From an uncultured bacterium (GTDB taxonomy: Bacteria > Patescibacteriota > Minisyncoccia > UBA6257 > 2-01-FULL-56-20): a stretch of DNA of 64,000 bases. Below, piece after piece: positions 45,442-55,693 of the stretch. The translations under genes were made by a program, and so were the position numbers. Location of the stretch: the NCBI GenBank assembly GCA_963719425.1, contig OY970382.1, positions 385,246 to 449,245 on the forward strand, in the 5' to 3' direction. Each line of letters begins with the position of its first letter. Positions within the stretch are counted from its first letter, which is position 1. The notes under the pieces are model-generated. The model was not told where the DNA came from and ran no database searches. It saw only the letters and a program-made list of their open reading frames with translations.

Positions 45442-47460
45442 TTAATCCTTCCCTACCTTTTTAGCCAATTCCCTTATTTCATCCCTCAAGAGTGCCGCGA
45501 GTTCAAAGTCCAGGCGCTTGGCGGCCTCGCGCATCTCGTGTTCCTTTTCGGCGATCAGTCTCTGAATACCGGCCCTTGATTTGGGCACCGGTTTGGTTTC
45601 CAATTTCAATATCTCATCCACATTGGGCAGGATGTCAGAGATTGCTTTCACGATCGTGCGCGGCGTGATGCCATGTACCTTGTTATATGCGGCCTGTAAT
45701 GCGCGGCGCCGTTCGGTCTCCGCAACCGCGCGCTTGATGGAACCCGTGATTTTGTCCGCATAGATCAGCACTTCGCCTTCCACATTCCGCGCCGCACGGC
45801 CGATCGTCTGGATTAAAGACACCTCGCTTCGCAGAAAACCTTCTTTATCCGCATCCATAATGGCGACGAGTGACACCTCCGGCAAATCCAGTCCTTCACG
45901 CAAAAGATTTACGCCGACAAGCACTTCAATTTTTCCACGCCGCAATTCAGTAAGAATTTTAATACGATCCAGCGTCTTCACGTCGCTATGGAGATAATTC
46001 ACTTTCATTTTGCGCTCCTCCAGGTACGCGGAAAGGTCCTCGGCCATTCGCTTCGTGAGAGTTGTTACCAGCACGCGCTCTTTCTTTGCCACGCGCTCCT
46101 CAATGCGCGGGATGAGGTCATCCACCTGCCCGCGCGCGGGGCGCATGGTGATCTTCGGGTCCACAAGACCGGTGGGGCGGATGATCTGCTCCACGATTTG
46201 TCCCGAGCCGGTCTTTGGATCGCTTTCCTTACGCTCATAGGGACCAGGCGTCGCAGAAGTATAGATCGTCTGCCCGACACGGTTCACGAATTCCGCGAAC
46301 CGCAGAGGCCGATTGTCCACGGCCGACGGCAGCCGGAAACCATACTCAACGAGCGTCTTCTTGCGCGAGGCGTCGCCCTCATACATCCCTTGGAGCTGCG
46401 GAATGGTCATGTGCGATTCGTCAATTACGGTCAAAAAATCCGGTTTGCCTTCCGTTGTGTGTGGGAAATAGTCCAGGAGCGTGTCCGGCGGCTCGCCCGC
46501 CGCGCGACCAGAAAGATGGCGGGAATAATTCTCAATGCCGTGGCAGTAGCCCACCTCGCGCATCATCGCGATGTCAAACTTGGTGCGGCGCTCCAGCCGC
46601 TCCGCCTCCAAAAACTTTTTCTCGCGCTCAAAATATTTCAGGCGCTCACGGAGCTCCTCCTGGATCGCCTTGATAGCCCGCTCGCGTTCCGGCGCCTCAG
46701 TGATGAAGTGCTTTGCGGGAGCGAAAACAACGTCGGCGATACGCGGCGTCTTGCCGACCTGAAATCCAACCACCGGATCAATCTCATAAATGGCACGAAT
46801 CACCCTATCCTTCACCTCAAAGTTATAGACCACCTCGCGGTCGGCGGGCATGATCTCCCAATTTTCGCCGCGCAGGCGATAGGTGCCGCGCTTCAGGTCC
46901 GCATTCGTGCGGGAGAATTGCAGTTCAACGAGCTTTCGCGCGAAATCCTTTCGCTCAATCCTGTCCCCAACCTTGAAATGGAAAATATTCTGCGCATAGA
47001 CCTCCGGCGCCCCAAGGCCATAGATGCACGACACGGACGCCACGATGATCACGTCGCGCCGCGTGAGGAGCGCGGTCGTCGCCGCATGGCGAAGCTTGTC
47101 TATTTCGTCATTGATCAGCGCTTCCTTATCTATATATGTATCGCTTGACGGAATATACGCCTCCGGCTGGTAGTAATCGTAGTAGGAAACAAAATAATTC
47201 ACCGAGTTCTTTGGAAACAATTCACGGAACTCGTTGCAAAGCTGCGCCGCCAAGGTCTTATTGTGCGCGATCACGAGCGCGGGCATATCGCACTCCGCGA
47301 TCACGTTCGCAACGGTGAACGTTTTTCCGGAGCCCGTGACACCCAAAAGCGTCTGATCGCGGTAGCCCTTTTCTAAACCCGAAACGAGCGATGTGATCGC
47401 CTTCGGCTGGTCCCCTGCGGGTTTGTTCTTTGAAATCAGTTCAAAATGGTCCATGGCCAT
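45442..47460 (-). CDS. uvrB: Excinuclease ABC subunit B.
   Basis: Helicase motifs (GVTGSGKT, DESH), a beta-hairpin and the UvrB C-terminal interaction domain, 672 aa. Confidence 0.95.
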   Translation of the reverse strand: MAMDHFELISKNKPAGDQPKAITSLVSGLEKGYRDQTLLGVTGSGKTFTVANVIAECDMPALVIAHNKTLAAQLCNEFRELFPKNSVNYFVSYYDYYQPEAYIPSSDTYIDKEALINDEIDKLRHAATTALLTRRDVIIVASVSCIYGLGAPEVYAQNIFHFKVGDRIERKDFARKLVELQFSRTNADLKRGTYRLRGENWEIMPADREVVYNFEVKDRVIRAIYEIDPVVGFQVGKTPRIADVVFAPAKHFITEAPERERAIKAIQEELRERLKYFEREKKFLEAERLERRTKFDIAMMREVGYCHGIENYSRHLSGRAAGEPPDTLLDYFPHTTEGKPDFLTVIDESHMTIPQLQGMYEGDASRKKTLVEYGFRLPSAVDNRPLRFAEFVNRVGQTIYTSATPGPYERKESDPKTGSGQIVEQIIRPTGLVDPKITMRPARGQVDDLIPRIEERVAKKERVLVTTLTKRMAEDLSAYLEERKMKVNYLHSDVKTLDRIKILTELRRGKIEVLVGVNLLREGLDLPEVSLVAIMDADKEGFLRSEVSLIQTIGRAARNVEGEVLIYADKITGSIKRAVAETERRRALQAAYNKVHGITPRTIVKAISDILPNVDEILKLETKPVPKSRAGIQRLIAEKEHEMREAAKRLDFELAALLRDEIRELAKKVGKD

Positions 47461-47644
47461 GCGTGAATCCCCCGCGGGCCCGAGCCCTAAGGGGTAGCTA
47501 TCACACTCTAAGCGCTAAACCGCCCACCGTCAAACAAAAACCGCTTCTCGCTTCACACGAAAAACGGCTTTTGCTCCGTTAACTCATCGTTAACTACAAG
47601 AACCATTGTAGCAAACCTGCTCCGGAGGCAACTGTGGATAAGAA

Positions 47645-48241
47645 CTAGCGGTTCAAGGGTGTCCAGATTTCGTCCCACCAACTTGAAGGATCTTCTTTCA
47701 TGATCGCTTTGGCGAGCTTTTTCGCGCTTTTTGATCTCAACCGGGAGAACTGCACGTTTTCCTTTTGGCCGCTCTTGCCCCGCAGCCATATGCCGGCTTC
47801 CTTGTTTCCCTGCCATTCGTATTCCCGCAGAAGCAGAATCTGGTCCAAGAGGTCCGCATCTTTCGCTATAACCGCTTCTTTTGTTTCCCGTTTATGATAT
47901 TCCATCGCAAGGTCCTCAAGATCATGGTATGGCAACGTCCCAAGCTGTTCTTTCATAATCTCTTCGTCAAAGACCTTCATGTATCTTTTATGAACGTAGT
48001 TGTGGTCGCCGCTCCGGGCCTCTGCCATATCGTGTACCAGACACATCATGACCGTTTTATACACATCCGCTTCCTCCGCTTTCGCGAGGAACCACCCAAT
48101 GAATGCCACGCGATACGAGTGCGCCGCAATGCTGTCCGACATGTCGTCCGTAAGGAGCGTCTGCCGGTGCATGCGCATCAGCTTTCGCATCGTTCCCACT
48201 TCAAAAAGAAAATTGGCGATCCGCCGGTCTTTGTTCATCAT
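47645..48241 (-). CDS. HD-domain phosphohydrolase (YfbR-like).
   Basis: H...HD...D motif pattern (HSYRVA...LVHDMAE...GD). Confidence 0.8.
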   Translation of the reverse strand: MMNKDRRIANFLFEVGTMRKLMRMHRQTLLTDDMSDSIAAHSYRVAFIGWFLAKAEEADVYKTVMMCLVHDMAEARSGDHNYVHKRYMKVFDEEIMKEQLGTLPYHDLEDLAMEYHKRETKEAVIAKDADLLDQILLLREYEWQGNKEAGIWLRGKSGQKENVQFSRLRSKSAKKLAKAIMKEDPSSWWDEIWTPLNR

Positions 48242-48268
48242 CCAAAGTATAGCAAACTTTCCGCCCCG

Positions 48269-48919
48269 CTAGCTTGTCCCGCGAAGCACCTTGGTAAGTG
48301 GACAGAGTTCGTGGCGGTGCGGCCGCGCGGGGCAATACTTGCGGCCGTAATCAATCAAAAGATAGGCCACGCGGAACCAATCGCGGCGCGGAATGATAGC
48401 CATCAAATCGCGCTCTATCTTCTCCGGCGTTTTCTCACGCGAGAGGCCAAGGACGTGGGCGAGGCGTTTCACATGCGTGTCCACGGCGATCCCCGCGACT
48501 ACGCCGTAGGCGTTCCCCAAAATCACGTTCGCCGACTTGCGGCCCACGCCCGGAATCGTAATCATTTCCTCCATCGTCCGCGGCAGCTTACCGCGGAATT
48601 TCTGCTTCACCACTTTTGCCGCCGCCAGGATATTCCGCGTCTTTGCACGATAAAATCCGCACTGGTGGATATCGCGTTCAAATTCACGCGGGTTTGCACG
48701 AACATAGTTATCTAACTTTCGATATTTTTTGAAGAGCGCCGGCGTCACCTCGTTCACCTTTTTGTCCGTACACTGCGCGGAGAGCTCCACTGCCACCAAA
48801 AGTTCCCAATGGTTCCCGCACTTGAGTGCGATCTTCGCATCGGGAAAAAGTTTTTTCAAAACCTTGAAAATGCGCGCCGCGCGCCACCGCAGCCGTGGGA
48901 GGTCCTTTTTCTCAATCAT
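48269..48919 (-). CDS. nth: Endonuclease III (DNA glycosylase / AP lyase).
   Basis: HhH-GPD (LPGVGRKSANV) and a C-terminal 4Fe-4S Cys cluster. Confidence 0.9.
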   Translation of the reverse strand: MIEKKDLPRLRWRAARIFKVLKKLFPDAKIALKCGNHWELLVAVELSAQCTDKKVNEVTPALFKKYRKLDNYVRANPREFERDIHQCGFYRAKTRNILAAAKVVKQKFRGKLPRTMEEMITIPGVGRKSANVILGNAYGVVAGIAVDTHVKRLAHVLGLSREKTPEKIERDLMAIIPRRDWFRVAYLLIDYGRKYCPARPHRHELCPLTKVLRGTS

Positions 48920-48947
48920 CTTTCCATTATACTGGCCCCTTGTTAAA

Positions 48948-49403
48948 ATGACAGGAATGAGCGAACAAAAACCGAGGGTCGGCGTTGGGTTTGGCGTGAT
49001 GTTTCTTAAGAACGGCGGCGTTCTCCTCGGGAAACGGCATGCCGATCCTGCGAAGGCCGACAGCGAGCTTCACGGGGAAGGGACATGGACTATGCCGGGA
49101 GGAAAACTGGAATTCGGCGAAAGCTTTGAAGGCGGCGCTCTCCGGGAAGTTCTGGAAGAAACCGGAATAAAAATTAACGAGAAAGAACTCACACTGATCA
49201 GCGTAAGCAATGATAGGGTCGAAGACGCGCACTTTGTAACGCTCGGATTCCTCTCGGAAGATTTTGAAGGCGAAGCACAAATCAAGGAACCGAATGAAAT
49301 CACTGAATGGAAATGGTTTCCTCTAAATGACCTGCCAAGCCCTCTTTATTTTCCCAGTAAAAGAGTGCTCAAAAACTATTTGGAGAAAACAATCTATGGT
49401 TAG
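48948..49403 (+). CDS. NUDIX hydrolase.
   Basis: Nudix box GGKLEFGESFEGGALREVLEETGI. Start taken at the internal Met 48948, after the overlapping nth gene ends. Confidence 0.85.
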   Translation: MTGMSEQKPRVGVGFGVMFLKNGGVLLGKRHADPAKADSELHGEGTWTMPGGKLEFGESFEGGALREVLEETGIKINEKELTLISVSNDRVEDAHFVTLGFLSEDFEGEAQIKEPNEITEWKWFPLNDLPSPLYFPSKRVLKNYLEKTIYG

Positions 49404-49406
49404 AAA

Positions 49407-50093
49407 TCACTCCTCTATCCGATAGCCGAAGCCGTGGACGGTCTTAATCAGTTTCTTCTTGAAGCCCTCGTCCATTTTGCCACGCAGGAAACGGATGTGC
49501 ACGTCCACCGTGTTCGTGAAGGGATCGGCGTTCATGTCCCAGACATGCTCCAAGATCATCGCACGCGTCAAATTCGTCCCTGGATTTCTCATTAAATATT
49601 CAAGCAGCGCAAATTCCTTCCGGTTGAGCTCAATGCGCTTCCCGCCGCGCTTCACCGTGCGGGTGTGGGTATCCATTTCCAGATCGGCAACCGCGAGGAT
49701 CGGCCCCGTGATCTTTTTCTCACACCGGAGAAGCGCGTTCACCCGCGCCAAAAGTTCGGCGAACGAGAACGGCTTTGCCAAATAATCGTCCGCGCCGAGA
49801 TTGAGCGCCTCTATTTTCATCGTCACATCCCCCGTGATGGAAAGGATGATGATAGGAAACGTCTTCCCGCGTTCGCGGACAGCTTTGCACACTTGGAGCC
49901 CGTTCTGCTCACCAACAAGTTTGATGTCAAAAATACCCACGTCATACGAGTTCACCTTTGCCCACATGAGCCCCTTTTCGCCCGTTTCGGCCCAATCTAC
50001 CGCAAATCGCTCGGCCTTAAGGCTATTCGCGATGTAGTTTCCCATATCCTTTTCGTCCTCCAAAAGAAGTACACGCATGATGATGTACCCCAA
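49407..50093 (-). CDS. OmpR/PhoB-family response regulator, orphan.
   Basis: Receiver domain with a C-terminal winged helix. No histidine kinase is adjacent. Confidence 0.85.
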   Translation of the reverse strand: MGYIIMRVLLLEDEKDMGNYIANSLKAERFAVDWAETGEKGLMWAKVNSYDVGIFDIKLVGEQNGLQVCKAVRERGKTFPIIILSITGDVTMKIEALNLGADDYLAKPFSFAELLARVNALLRCEKKITGPILAVADLEMDTHTRTVKRGGKRIELNRKEFALLEYLMRNPGTNLTRAMILEHVWDMNADPFTNTVDVHIRFLRGKMDEGFKKKLIKTVHGFGYRIEE

Positions 50094-50160
50094 TTATGAC
50101 AAATCAATCATTAAAAAATTCTAAAATCCCAGCCTCCCAAAAACCCTTGACAGGATGCGG

Positions 50161-50643
50161 CTATTGTGTGCTCACCGACAAAAGCTCAACCGTAAAATGG
50201 AGTGTCGTGTTCGGAGGGATGACCGGCGGATAGCCGTTCGCGCCGTAGCCAAGCTCCGGCGGAATTGTAAGCTCCCGCTCCCCGCCGACCCTCATGCCAA
50301 CCACGCCGAGATCCCATCCTTTAATGACCTTGCCCGCGCCAAGCGTAAAAATGAACGGCTGATTGCGGTCATATGAACTGTCAAACTTCGTACCGTCGTC
50401 CAATGTACCTACATAATTCACCGTCACCGAATCGCCGTTCTTTGCCTCGGCGCCAGTGCCCACCGTCACATCGTTTATTTTTAAGTTTTGCATAATTTGT
50501 TGCGGCGCTTGTTCCGCGGCCGCGCCCGCCTGTACTTCAGCCGCGCGCATCGCTTCATCGGATTTTGTATTATACCACAGCGCCGCAGCAACAATCCCGG
50601 CGGCAAGCACTACAAAAATAATGATGGAGAGAGTTTTTCTCAT
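50161..50643 (-). CDS. FKBP-type peptidyl-prolyl cis-trans isomerase, membrane-anchored or secreted.
   Basis: FKBP core VTVNYVGTLDDGTKFDSSYDR...LGAGKVIKGWD. Start at the internal Met before the TM. Confidence 0.85.
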   Translation of the reverse strand: MRKTLSIIIFVVLAAGIVAAALWYNTKSDEAMRAAEVQAGAAAEQAPQQIMQNLKINDVTVGTGAEAKNGDSVTVNYVGTLDDGTKFDSSYDRNQPFIFTLGAGKVIKGWDLGVVGMRVGGERELTIPPELGYGANGYPPVIPPNTTLHFTVELLSVSTQ

Positions 50644-50659
50644 GTTTGGATATTTTATT

Positions 50660-50977
50660 TTACGATACTTCCGAACCCGGTGGAACAGGGCTCTTGGGTA
50701 CAAGGAGCACCGGCTCGCCGCCTTCGCCATGCGCTGCAAGCAGCATCCCTTGGCTTGTGAGTCCCATCAATTGCCGCGGTTCAAGGTTCGCCACGACTAT
50801 AATTTCCTCCCCGACCAGATCCTCCGGCGCATACGCCTTTCCGATGCCCGCCACGATTTGCCGCAGCTCGCCAAGATCTATGTGCAACATGACCAGCTTT
50901 TCCGATCCCTCCACTCGTTCCGCGGAAAGAATTTTCGCAACGCGCAGCTCAACGCTCCCGAATTCATCCAAGGTCAC
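50660..50977 (-). CDS. tRNA-binding domain protein (CsaA / MetG C-terminal-like).
   Basis: LRVAKILSAERVEGSEKL...GEEIIVVANLEPRQLMGLTSQGMLLA. Confidence 0.8.
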   Translation of the reverse strand: MTLDEFGSVELRVAKILSAERVEGSEKLVMLHIDLGELRQIVAGIGKAYAPEDLVGEEIIVVANLEPRQLMGLTSQGMLLAAHGEGGEPVLLVPKSPVPPGSEVS

Positions 50978-50989
50978 GAGGATAGTGTA

Positions 50990-51958
50990 TCAAAAGTTCC
51001 AATTTCCGTCGAGTGGAGTCTCAAAACTCGACGAAGCCTCCGAGCTTGAAGAAGAAGTAGTCGCGGTACGCGCCCTCTGAAAGTGAAAATTATTTTCGTT
51101 CTCTCCGCGACGTGGGAACGGTATAGGCGACGCAGGCGTTGTAGTCGCAGACGTCGTGGTTGCAACTGTCGTGGTCGCAGTCCCTCCGTTGAATTCGAAA
51201 TTGCCGCGCCCGCGAGAACGTCGAGGTTGAGGTGGGGATTGAGCAGGATAAGTGCTCGTCGCTGCCGTCCCCACAGGAACCACGGACGACGATGTTGCAT
51301 TCGCTGATCCGCAGCGGTCCTCAAACCGTTGGAGAACATTGGTATGACCCAAGAATCCTCCTTCCACAACCGACGAGGAAGGATTTAAGAACGACTGGAG
51401 CGTTCCGCATACCCTCTTCAAATTATCCGGCTTAGGCGATTGCGCCGTACTTGATGCGACCGGTGAAATCATGGTGTTTGCCACGGGTCGCGCTGCCGGC
51501 GCGCCGTTACCCGTTCCCGTTTCTCCTCCCCTATTTTCGGTTCCGCCAAGAGAGGCAGTGACCGCGTTCGCAAGATCCTGTGCAAGGTTTGGCAAAAGCG
51601 TGCTTGAGGGATGCCGCTCCGCAAGATCGGTGATTTCGCCTGCCCGCCGCGCGGCAAGCGTCGCTTCAAGCTGCGGCTTTGCGGCAGGAACGGTGAGCGT
51701 AAGCTGCACCGATTCGCCCAATCGTTTCAAGGGATACAGCGGATTATCCGCAGGAACGTTTTGGGTATCCGCATAGACGGTAGCACTGCCGAGCGCAACC
51801 GCCGCAATGCCGAGCACAATGGCAAGCGCCCGTATCGCGAGGACGAATTCCGATGTGCGCGGACGCAGAGGTGTGGGATAGCGCGCGTCAAACGCCGCCA
51901 AAAATCGCGCCTTGGTTCTTTCCTTAAATTCTTTTGATGGTGAAAAATTAAATTTCAT
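50990..51958 (-). CDS. Putative anti-sigma factor / membrane-anchored low-complexity protein downstream of the ECF sigma.
   Basis: Overlaps the sigma gene end. Single TM followed by a Ser/Thr/Ala-rich region. Confidence 0.45.
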   Translation of the reverse strand: MKFNFSPSKEFKERTKARFLAAFDARYPTPLRPRTSEFVLAIRALAIVLGIAAVALGSATVYADTQNVPADNPLYPLKRLGESVQLTLTVPAAKPQLEATLAARRAGEITDLAERHPSSTLLPNLAQDLANAVTASLGGTENRGGETGTGNGAPAARPVANTMISPVASSTAQSPKPDNLKRVCGTLQSFLNPSSSVVEGGFLGHTNVLQRFEDRCGSANATSSSVVPVGTAATSTYPAQSPPQPRRSRGRGNFEFNGGTATTTVATTTSATTTPASPIPFPRRGENENNFHFQRARTATTSSSSSEASSSFETPLDGNWNF

Positions 51959-52517
51959 GCTTGTGAGCTTTGAAATGGCGCTTTATTTTCTCTTTGACGC
52001 GCAACGCCGCCACGCGGAGGGCTCCCTCGGACCGGTGAAGGAGCTCGCTCATGTCTTTGTAGGGCATTTCCGCAACATAGCGAAGTTCAAAAATTTCCCG
52101 CTCATCGTCATCCAAAGTTTTTATGAATTCTTGCACGTTGCGATAGCGGAGCCGATGATCAAGGTCCGGTGCCGCGGTTACGGACATCGCTTCCACCTCG
52201 CTCTCTTCAAACGAGGAAAAGGGCGTTTCCTTTTTGCTGCGATAATGGTCCACAAGCAGGTTGCGGGCCATCTGCCAGAACCATACAACGAATCTTCCGC
52301 GCCTTTCGTCAAAACGTTCAACGTTCTCCACAAGCTTCAGAAGAATGTCCTGTGAAAGATCCTCGGCAGTTTCCTTTTTTCCCGTCCTCGCAAAAAAGAA
52401 TCCGTACACTTTGGGCGTGAGCTCATCGCAAAGCTTCGCAGCCGCTTTCCGGTCACCATGCTTCATGCGCACCGCAAGGTCGGTCAGCGGGTCTCGTTCA
52501 AAGATGTGAAATGCCAT
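51948..52517 (-). CDS. ECF-type sigma-70 family sigma factor.
   Basis: Region 2 and region 4 motifs (IFELRYVAEMPYKDMSELL). Confidence 0.8.
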   Translation of the reverse strand: MAFHIFERDPLTDLAVRMKHGDRKAAAKLCDELTPKVYGFFFARTGKKETAEDLSQDILLKLVENVERFDERRGRFVVWFWQMARNLLVDHYRSKKETPFSSFEESEVEAMSVTAAPDLDHRLRYRNVQEFIKTLDDDEREIFELRYVAEMPYKDMSELLHRSEGALRVAALRVKEKIKRHFKAHKHEI

Positions 52518-52597
52518 AAGAAAATACGTTTGAAGAGAGGAAATTGTTACGTTATGCGCAAGAAAATATCATACCTTCCTGTCGCGCGAAAATCCAG

Positions 52598-53973
52598 TTA
52601 CAGCACGCCCCACGTCTGCAGCTCGTCGCTCTCCGCAAACCACTTCGCGCCGATGTCCGTTCGGTAGAACATATTCTGCAGCATGATGCTGTCTATCCGG
52701 CGATAGGCCTGCCGGCGCGCGTCAGCCACCGTGCTGTTGGATCCCGTGACGACGAGCGCGTAGCCGCTCTTCCCCGCCAACTTCCAGTCGTTCTCCACCA
52801 TCTTCACGTCGCCCAAATGGATACCATCGAGATTTGATTTCTTAAACAAGATAGAAATGTCTTTGTAGATCTGCAGCATTTTCTCGTCACGATACGGGAA
52901 CGGCGGCACCGCCACGACCACGCCCACCTGAAACCCTTTCTGAACCCTTAGGGGATATTGTTCTCCTTTCGCAATCGCATAGAGAAATTCCCCCATTGGG
53001 CTCTGGATGCCTTCCATATGGATGCTGATCGTCGGGTACCCGAAGCGCGAGGTGAATTCCAGCGGATACACGCCGCGTGCGTTCGCGATGCAATTCACAT
53101 CAATATACCCAACGTACTTGCTCGCGCGCAGCTTCGTGAGCATCCTGCCGAGCGTATCTTGGAAAAATCCGTTGGGCTCCGCCCAGAACATGAGCGTGCC
53201 CATCTCTCCCGTCGGCGGCCCGATGTCACTCGGAAATAATTTCTTGTGTTCAAAGTTGATATTGATCGGCGTAATAAAATCGTGCCCGTTGAAAAACGCC
53301 CCTACGGCGATCTCCGCGCCTGACGCGACTTTCTGCAACTGGAACCGTTTGATCTTCCGCGACCAGCTTTTGCGGTTGTGCTCCAGCACTTCCAAGAGAT
53401 CCTTCCCATCCTCTTCATGTCCGATAAAAAGAAGATTCTTCATGTGCCAGTCCAAGTCGCCCTCGGATGGTTTGAACACGTAGCGGCCAGGATTTGCTTT
53501 CAAAAATTCTATCGCGTCGCCGAAGTTATCAAAGTCCCAGTGGGCTAGCACAAGCATCCCCGCATCTTTCATCTCCTGCTGCCCGAACTCGCGGTCTATT
53601 TCCAACCGGTCGGTATATTCGCTCCCGCCGACCACGAGCTTCCCCTTCGCGCGCAGCTCGTCGGCCATTTTTCCGAAACCGTCCTCTCCCGCAATCACGT
53701 CGTCAAAAACAACCACATCCGCCCAATCAACGTTCGCTTTCCAATCATCCACCTTGTCCACAAATCCGTCGCCGATGTCCTGGTCATCCTCCTGGCCAAT
53801 ATACATCTTCACCTCATTGCCTTCCTGCTTGATCTTCCACGCCAAGTCAACCGAAAGCGCCTCGTCGGTCACAAAAAGAAATTTTTTGCTAAATGTCGGC
53901 TCTGCAACAACTTCCTCCACAGGAACATTGTCATCACTTCCGTTCGCCGGTTTCTGATTCTGATCGTTTTCCA
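52598..53973 (-). CDS. PurD (phosphoribosylamine-glycine ligase)-family ATP-grasp enzyme, divergent at conserved motifs.
   Basis: Colinear similarity to PurD (E. coli PurD recalled from memory): LAWK, GPPTGEMG vs GPNTGGMG, EFTSRFGYP vs EFNCRFGDPE, C-terminal DIGAKW. Start trimmed to the internal MENDQ to remove overlap with the upstream gene. Confidence 0.6.
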
Positions 53974-54002
53974 TATGCACGTAACTTCCCGTACCTTTTA
54001 TC

Positions 54003-54926
54003 TTACTTCTTCCCCACAGAAAAAACAAAGGTCTTGTACCGTGACGTAGGACAAAATTTATTTTTGAACGCGGTGAGTGCTTTTTCTCCTCCTGCCATAT
54101 CAACTTCTCGATATCCACGCTGCTGCAACCACACTAAGTCTTCTAAATATAGCATTGATCCTAGATCCTTCACTGAATAATTGTGGATGCCCATTGCACC
54201 ATAATAGCGATCGCTGTTCGGAATAGGCCAGCCTCCGTTAATTCCCGCCGCCCTGCCATCAACAATAAATACGCGCGCTTCGGTCATGCCTTCAAAATTT
54301 CCATCTATTACGTTGTGATATTCTGCTGTCCATGCACGATCATGGGCGTTACGCTTCTTCCGCCAATCGTGTATGATGGCGTGCAACGCTTCTTTGTCGG
54401 TATAGGTTTTTGCATCACGTACCGCAACGGCATGCTCACGATAAAATTTGTGCTTTTCTTTCCGCAACGCCTTATAGTGCCCGCCGGGAAGCTCCGGATC
54501 GAACGTACGGAGATCTGTCACTGGCAACGTGAGCGTGTTATTGATCGGCCGGGCTCTCAAACGGTCCGGCAAAAAGCGCAAGAAATCCCTTCGCAGCGGA
54601 GCTTCAAGCTCAAGCCAGATCTTACGCGCATCCGTATTTGAAAAGATATATTTCGCGTATTCAATAAGGAGTGGTGCGCGCCGCTCTGGAGGCGCAACAG
54701 GACTTGAAAACACAGTATATTCGTGCTTGGCCGGATCCTCCTTTGTGAGCAGCGCACCTTCGTCAGTTTCTACAAAGACATTCTTGTCTCCTTCTTCGGA
54801 GCTGAAGTGATACCACCAGAAATTATGTTCCGGAGCATACCCATACCGACGTATTGATTCTTCTATGCGCGTCCGTTCCGCTAAAATATCATCATAAAAT
54901 TTCATGCTTAAGAAAAGTATAGCCAA
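54003..54926 (-). CDS. DUF2156 / MprF C-terminal-like (FemAB-fold) putative aminoacyl-tRNA-dependent transferase.
   Basis: 307 aa. Family-level resemblance only. Confidence 0.55.
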   Translation of the reverse strand: MAILFLSMKFYDDILAERTRIEESIRRYGYAPEHNFWWYHFSSEEGDKNVFVETDEGALLTKEDPAKHEYTVFSSPVAPPERRAPLLIEYAKYIFSNTDARKIWLELEAPLRRDFLRFLPDRLRARPINNTLTLPVTDLRTFDPELPGGHYKALRKEKHKFYREHAVAVRDAKTYTDKEALHAIIHDWRKKRNAHDRAWTAEYHNVIDGNFEGMTEARVFIVDGRAAGINGGWPIPNSDRYYGAMGIHNYSVKDLGSMLYLEDLVWLQQRGYREVDMAGGEKALTAFKNKFCPTSRYKTFVFSVGKK

Positions 54927-54928
54927 TT

Positions 54929-55690
54929 ATGATATATTTTAACAATATGTTCTTAATCACCGATACGTCATACATCATAAAAAAAATAAAAGGGAAAGGG
55001 CGCGGTGTTTCTGCGACGCGCGACATTGATGCGGGAACGGTAATCGGCGATTATCTCAGGACCATCATGCGGCCAAAAGACACTGATGAAAAGAAAAACG
55101 GCCTCTATGATATGGCCGGCGGAGACAAGTATGATATCTTAGGCGATCCTCGCGTTCCGGGGGTCCATCTCATCAACCATTCCTGCGCCGAGAACTGCGA
55201 GGTGTATCCATACAAAGGACACATCCTGTATTTCGCCTTACGCAAGATTTTCAAAGGAGAAGAATTGACGGTCAACTATGATCTTTATGCCCCTGATGAG
55301 AGGAAAACTACATGCGATATGCACGCCTGTTCTTGCGGAAGCAAGATCTGTGTGGGCACTATGCATCACGCTCCTTCGCCCGCGGACGAGGCGTGGGAAA
55401 AATTAAAAAAGAAAGAATTTGGGCCGTTGTATCACCACAAAGTTCCCGGGAAATATGGCACCTTGCTTCGTCCGCTTAAAAAATATCCGCATGCTATTCG
55501 CGATCACGCAAACCTCTACGATATATTCGGCACTGAAACAAGGCTACCTGCCCGCTACGCCGACCGGACACTCCCGGCCATTGGAGCGTTACGTAAGAGA
55601 ATCCGCGAGACCGGCCGACAACTTTCTTTCCCGAATTTGCACCTACAAGTTTACGGAATAAGGAGCGGGATGCTGATAATAAGGCGTTAG
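54929..55690 (+). CDS. SET-domain protein (putative protein lysine methyltransferase).
   Basis: GRGVSATRDIDAGTVIGDY, INHSCAENCEV, GEELTVNY and post-SET CSCGSKIC. Confidence 0.8.
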   Translation: MIYFNNMFLITDTSYIIKKIKGKGRGVSATRDIDAGTVIGDYLRTIMRPKDTDEKKNGLYDMAGGDKYDILGDPRVPGVHLINHSCAENCEVYPYKGHILYFALRKIFKGEELTVNYDLYAPDERKTTCDMHACSCGSKICVGTMHHAPSPADEAWEKLKKKEFGPLYHHKVPGKYGTLLRPLKKYPHAIRDHANLYDIFGTETRLPARYADRTLPAIGALRKRIRETGRQLSFPNLHLQVYGIRSGMLIIRR

Positions 55691-55693
55691 GCG

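Noticed and set aside
45988-47148. ORF 45988..47148(+), 386 aa.
   Set aside because: Antisense to uvrB.
47765-48715. ORF 47765..48715(+), 316 aa.
   Set aside because: Antisense to the HD-domain and nth genes, His/Arg-rich.
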